Positions 61,830 through 64,000 of a stretch of 64,000 bases of DNA are shown one piece after another. Source of the DNA: Scyliorhinus canicula (lineage: Eukaryota); the NCBI RefSeq assembly GCF_902713615.1, contig NC_052155.1, forward strand, positions 64,413,654 through 64,477,653, in the 5' to 3' direction. Under the pieces are notes generated by a model. It made no database searches, was not told the DNA's origin, and worked only from the letters and a program-made list of their open reading frames with translations. Position numbers and translations under genes: made by a program. Numbering within the stretch: position 1 is the stretch's first letter; the number at the start of each line of letters is the position of its first letter.

Positions 61830-62545
61830 TTTCAATACTAATCAAACCAACATCCATTCTGATACCAAGATTCTCGTGTGCAAGGCAGTCGTCCTCCCAA
61901 CTCTTCAGTACGACTCAGAAAGTTCCACTATGTACAGACGCCATCTCAAGGCCTTAGCGAATTATCATCAATGCTGCCTGAGACAGATTTTCTGCATTAG
62001 CTGGGAGGACAGGCGTATTAACACCGGTGTCTTTGAAGGAGCCAAGAACACCAGCATCAAGGTCATGATTATCCGAAACCAACTCCGTTGGGCCGGCCAT
62101 GTGCTCAGGATGTCAGTATTCGAACTGCCAAAACAATCTTCTTCACCCAGCTCAAGAAAGGCTCCTGAACAAGAGGAGGTCAAAGGAAGTGCTTCAAAAC
62201 ACCCTGAAGGCTTACCTCAAGAAATGAAACATAGACATAAACATAGCCTGGGAGACCCTTGCTCAGAACAGACCGACTTGGAGGAACCTCCTGATTGAAG
62301 GGACACAATTCTTTGCTGACAATCGATAACGAGACGAGGCCCAGAAAAGGAGCCTGAGAAAGGAATACCAATGATCTCAAATCCAAGGACCGATTCCAAC
62401 TCCTGGGAACACCTGCTATGTGTGCAGTTGCTGATGCGGCTCTAGGATCGGGCTCATCAGCCACGCAAGGACCCACAGAACCAATGACCCAGAGTTTATC
62501 ATACAGACTTGTTAGTGAGTAATCACCAGAGAAGAAAGAAGAACC
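61830..62545 (+). mobile_element. 5'-truncated RTE-clade LINE
   Basis: TKILVCKAVVLPTLQYDSES...CLRQIFCISWEDRRIN...QLRWAGHVLRM...LPKQ; short GAA-repeat tail. Confidence 0.85.
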
Positions 62546-63047
62546 AGAGACTGCAACCATTAGACAGGAATTCGAAAAATTACATTCATGATATTACTAT
62601 AGTATCACCTCAAACCATTTGAAGTCAAAACTTGGTTCTCGCATGATACAAACAAATCAATTAAATTAAACCTGTGTTATCAATACATAAATCATAAGAA
62701 CATGGATTCATGTTGACAATTTTTCACATGGTGAGAGCCTAATTAGAATTTGATCATCTGAGGAAGATGCCAAATGGAAACAGGCAGCATGTCAATCCAG
62801 GCATTATATAAGTTTCAGTATCGGTTATCAAGTCACATTGACAGAATCCCAGAAACTGATCACTCGTCTGCTGTGTCAAATGTGGAACTGTGTGCAGCAA
62901 GGAGCAACTAGAAATCTAAAACTGTTCGACAAAGTAATTTTCAAAACTTTCTTATATCCACCATTATGTTTATCCCTATCCTCTTTTCCCGTACATCCAT
63001 CACAGCCATTGATGACAAAAAGAAGAGCTGGGGAAAAGATTGAAGAG

Positions 63048-63348
63048 GAGGTGCGGCAAAGAAGGAGGCCATTCGGCCCGTCAAGTCTGCACCATTTACC
63101 ATGCGCTCGCCGCGTAACCCCATAACCTAACCTTCCACATTCCTGGGCACTAAGGGGCAATTTAGCATGGCCAGTCCACCTAACCTGAACATCTTTGGAC
63201 AGTGGGAGGAAACCAGAGCACCCGGAGGAAACCCACGCAGACATGGGGAGAATATACAAACTCCACACAGTCACGCGAGGTCAGAATTAAACCCAGGTCC
63301 CTGGCGCTGTGAGACAGCAGTGCAAACTACTGTGCCACCATGCCACCC
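63048..63348 (-). mobile_element. V-SINE (HE1-like)
   Basis: GGGTGGCATGGTGGCACAGTAG head, V-domain, GGCCGAATGGCCTCCTTC tail. Confidence 0.88.
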
Positions 63349-64000
63349 AACAGGGGAATGTCAGGAGTGAAATTTAAACCCATGCCCCTAGAAAGGGACC
63401 AGAAATCATCAGGTCGTCAACGGCAATGAAGGACTCTCTTTATGTCTGGTGCATTAGACCACTTGGCCATCCTGACAAGTTACTAAGATGTTGATGCTGA
63501 TGATAAGCAGGATTACTATATACACTGATGATGGGAATGATAAGCAGTAACCTTAGAGTCCCTGGAGCTATTTCACCCTCTTGTTCCTCTATCTAAACAC
63601 CTCAAAACTCCTTCTACCCACTTGTGGTGCTTTCTTTCTCATCCCTATAGAAATTGATATTGTGAGTACATACAACTGGGTGATTCAAAAGGCATGGAGG
63701 AGACAGAGTGGCAAATGGATGAGAATATACCAGTTTGAGGGAAGGCTGTTGAGATCTCCAATCTCTTAAATCCATGATACTTCTGGCTGCAGTTTAAAAG
63801 GCTGCTTACATAGTCAAAGAAAACTCTGGCAGTCTTTCTGAGTTTTGTCATCTGTTCAACAATCCACTGTGATATACTAGGAATGCTCTGCGCAGCACTA
63901 AACTTGGATGAATCACCCAGTGGAGCTCTTTCCTGATATTCTGCCGCTCTTTACTCATGCTTACTTTCCCAGCAAGATTAATAAATATTGGAACATAAGG

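Overview
This is repeat-dominated vertebrate DNA, most likely from a shark or other cartilaginous fish: it carries HE1-type V-SINEs, Deu-domain SINEs, CR1/HER1-type LINEs and Penelope-like hairpins. I found no convincing host protein-coding exon. Contents: a 3.1 kb G-rich minisatellite; three full-length but decayed Ty3/Gypsy LTR retrotransposons with paired LTRs and TSDs (9293-15516 +, 33043-37796 -, 52081-56491 +); an older nested Gypsy (~41820-50478 -); two solo LTRs; a full-length L1-clade LINE with a scrambled ORF2 (42497-47977 -); three decayed PIF/Harbinger transposons with convergent Myb-like and transposase genes, plus CpG-rich Harbinger MITEs; Penelope-like fragments with hammerhead-ribozyme motifs; CR1 and RTE fragments; and many SINEs. 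The best candidate for an unusual system is the pair of short Gypsy elements at 33-37.8 kb and 52-56.5 kb. Both lack a tRNA primer-binding site. In its place each has 13-14 nt that pair perfectly, with compensatory changes between the elements, to the poly(A)-signal region of its own 5' LTR. Both also have Asn at the last position of the RT YxDD motif and tandem YY1-motif/PPSW repeats between Gag and protease. All counts and coordinates were read by eye and may be off by a few bases.
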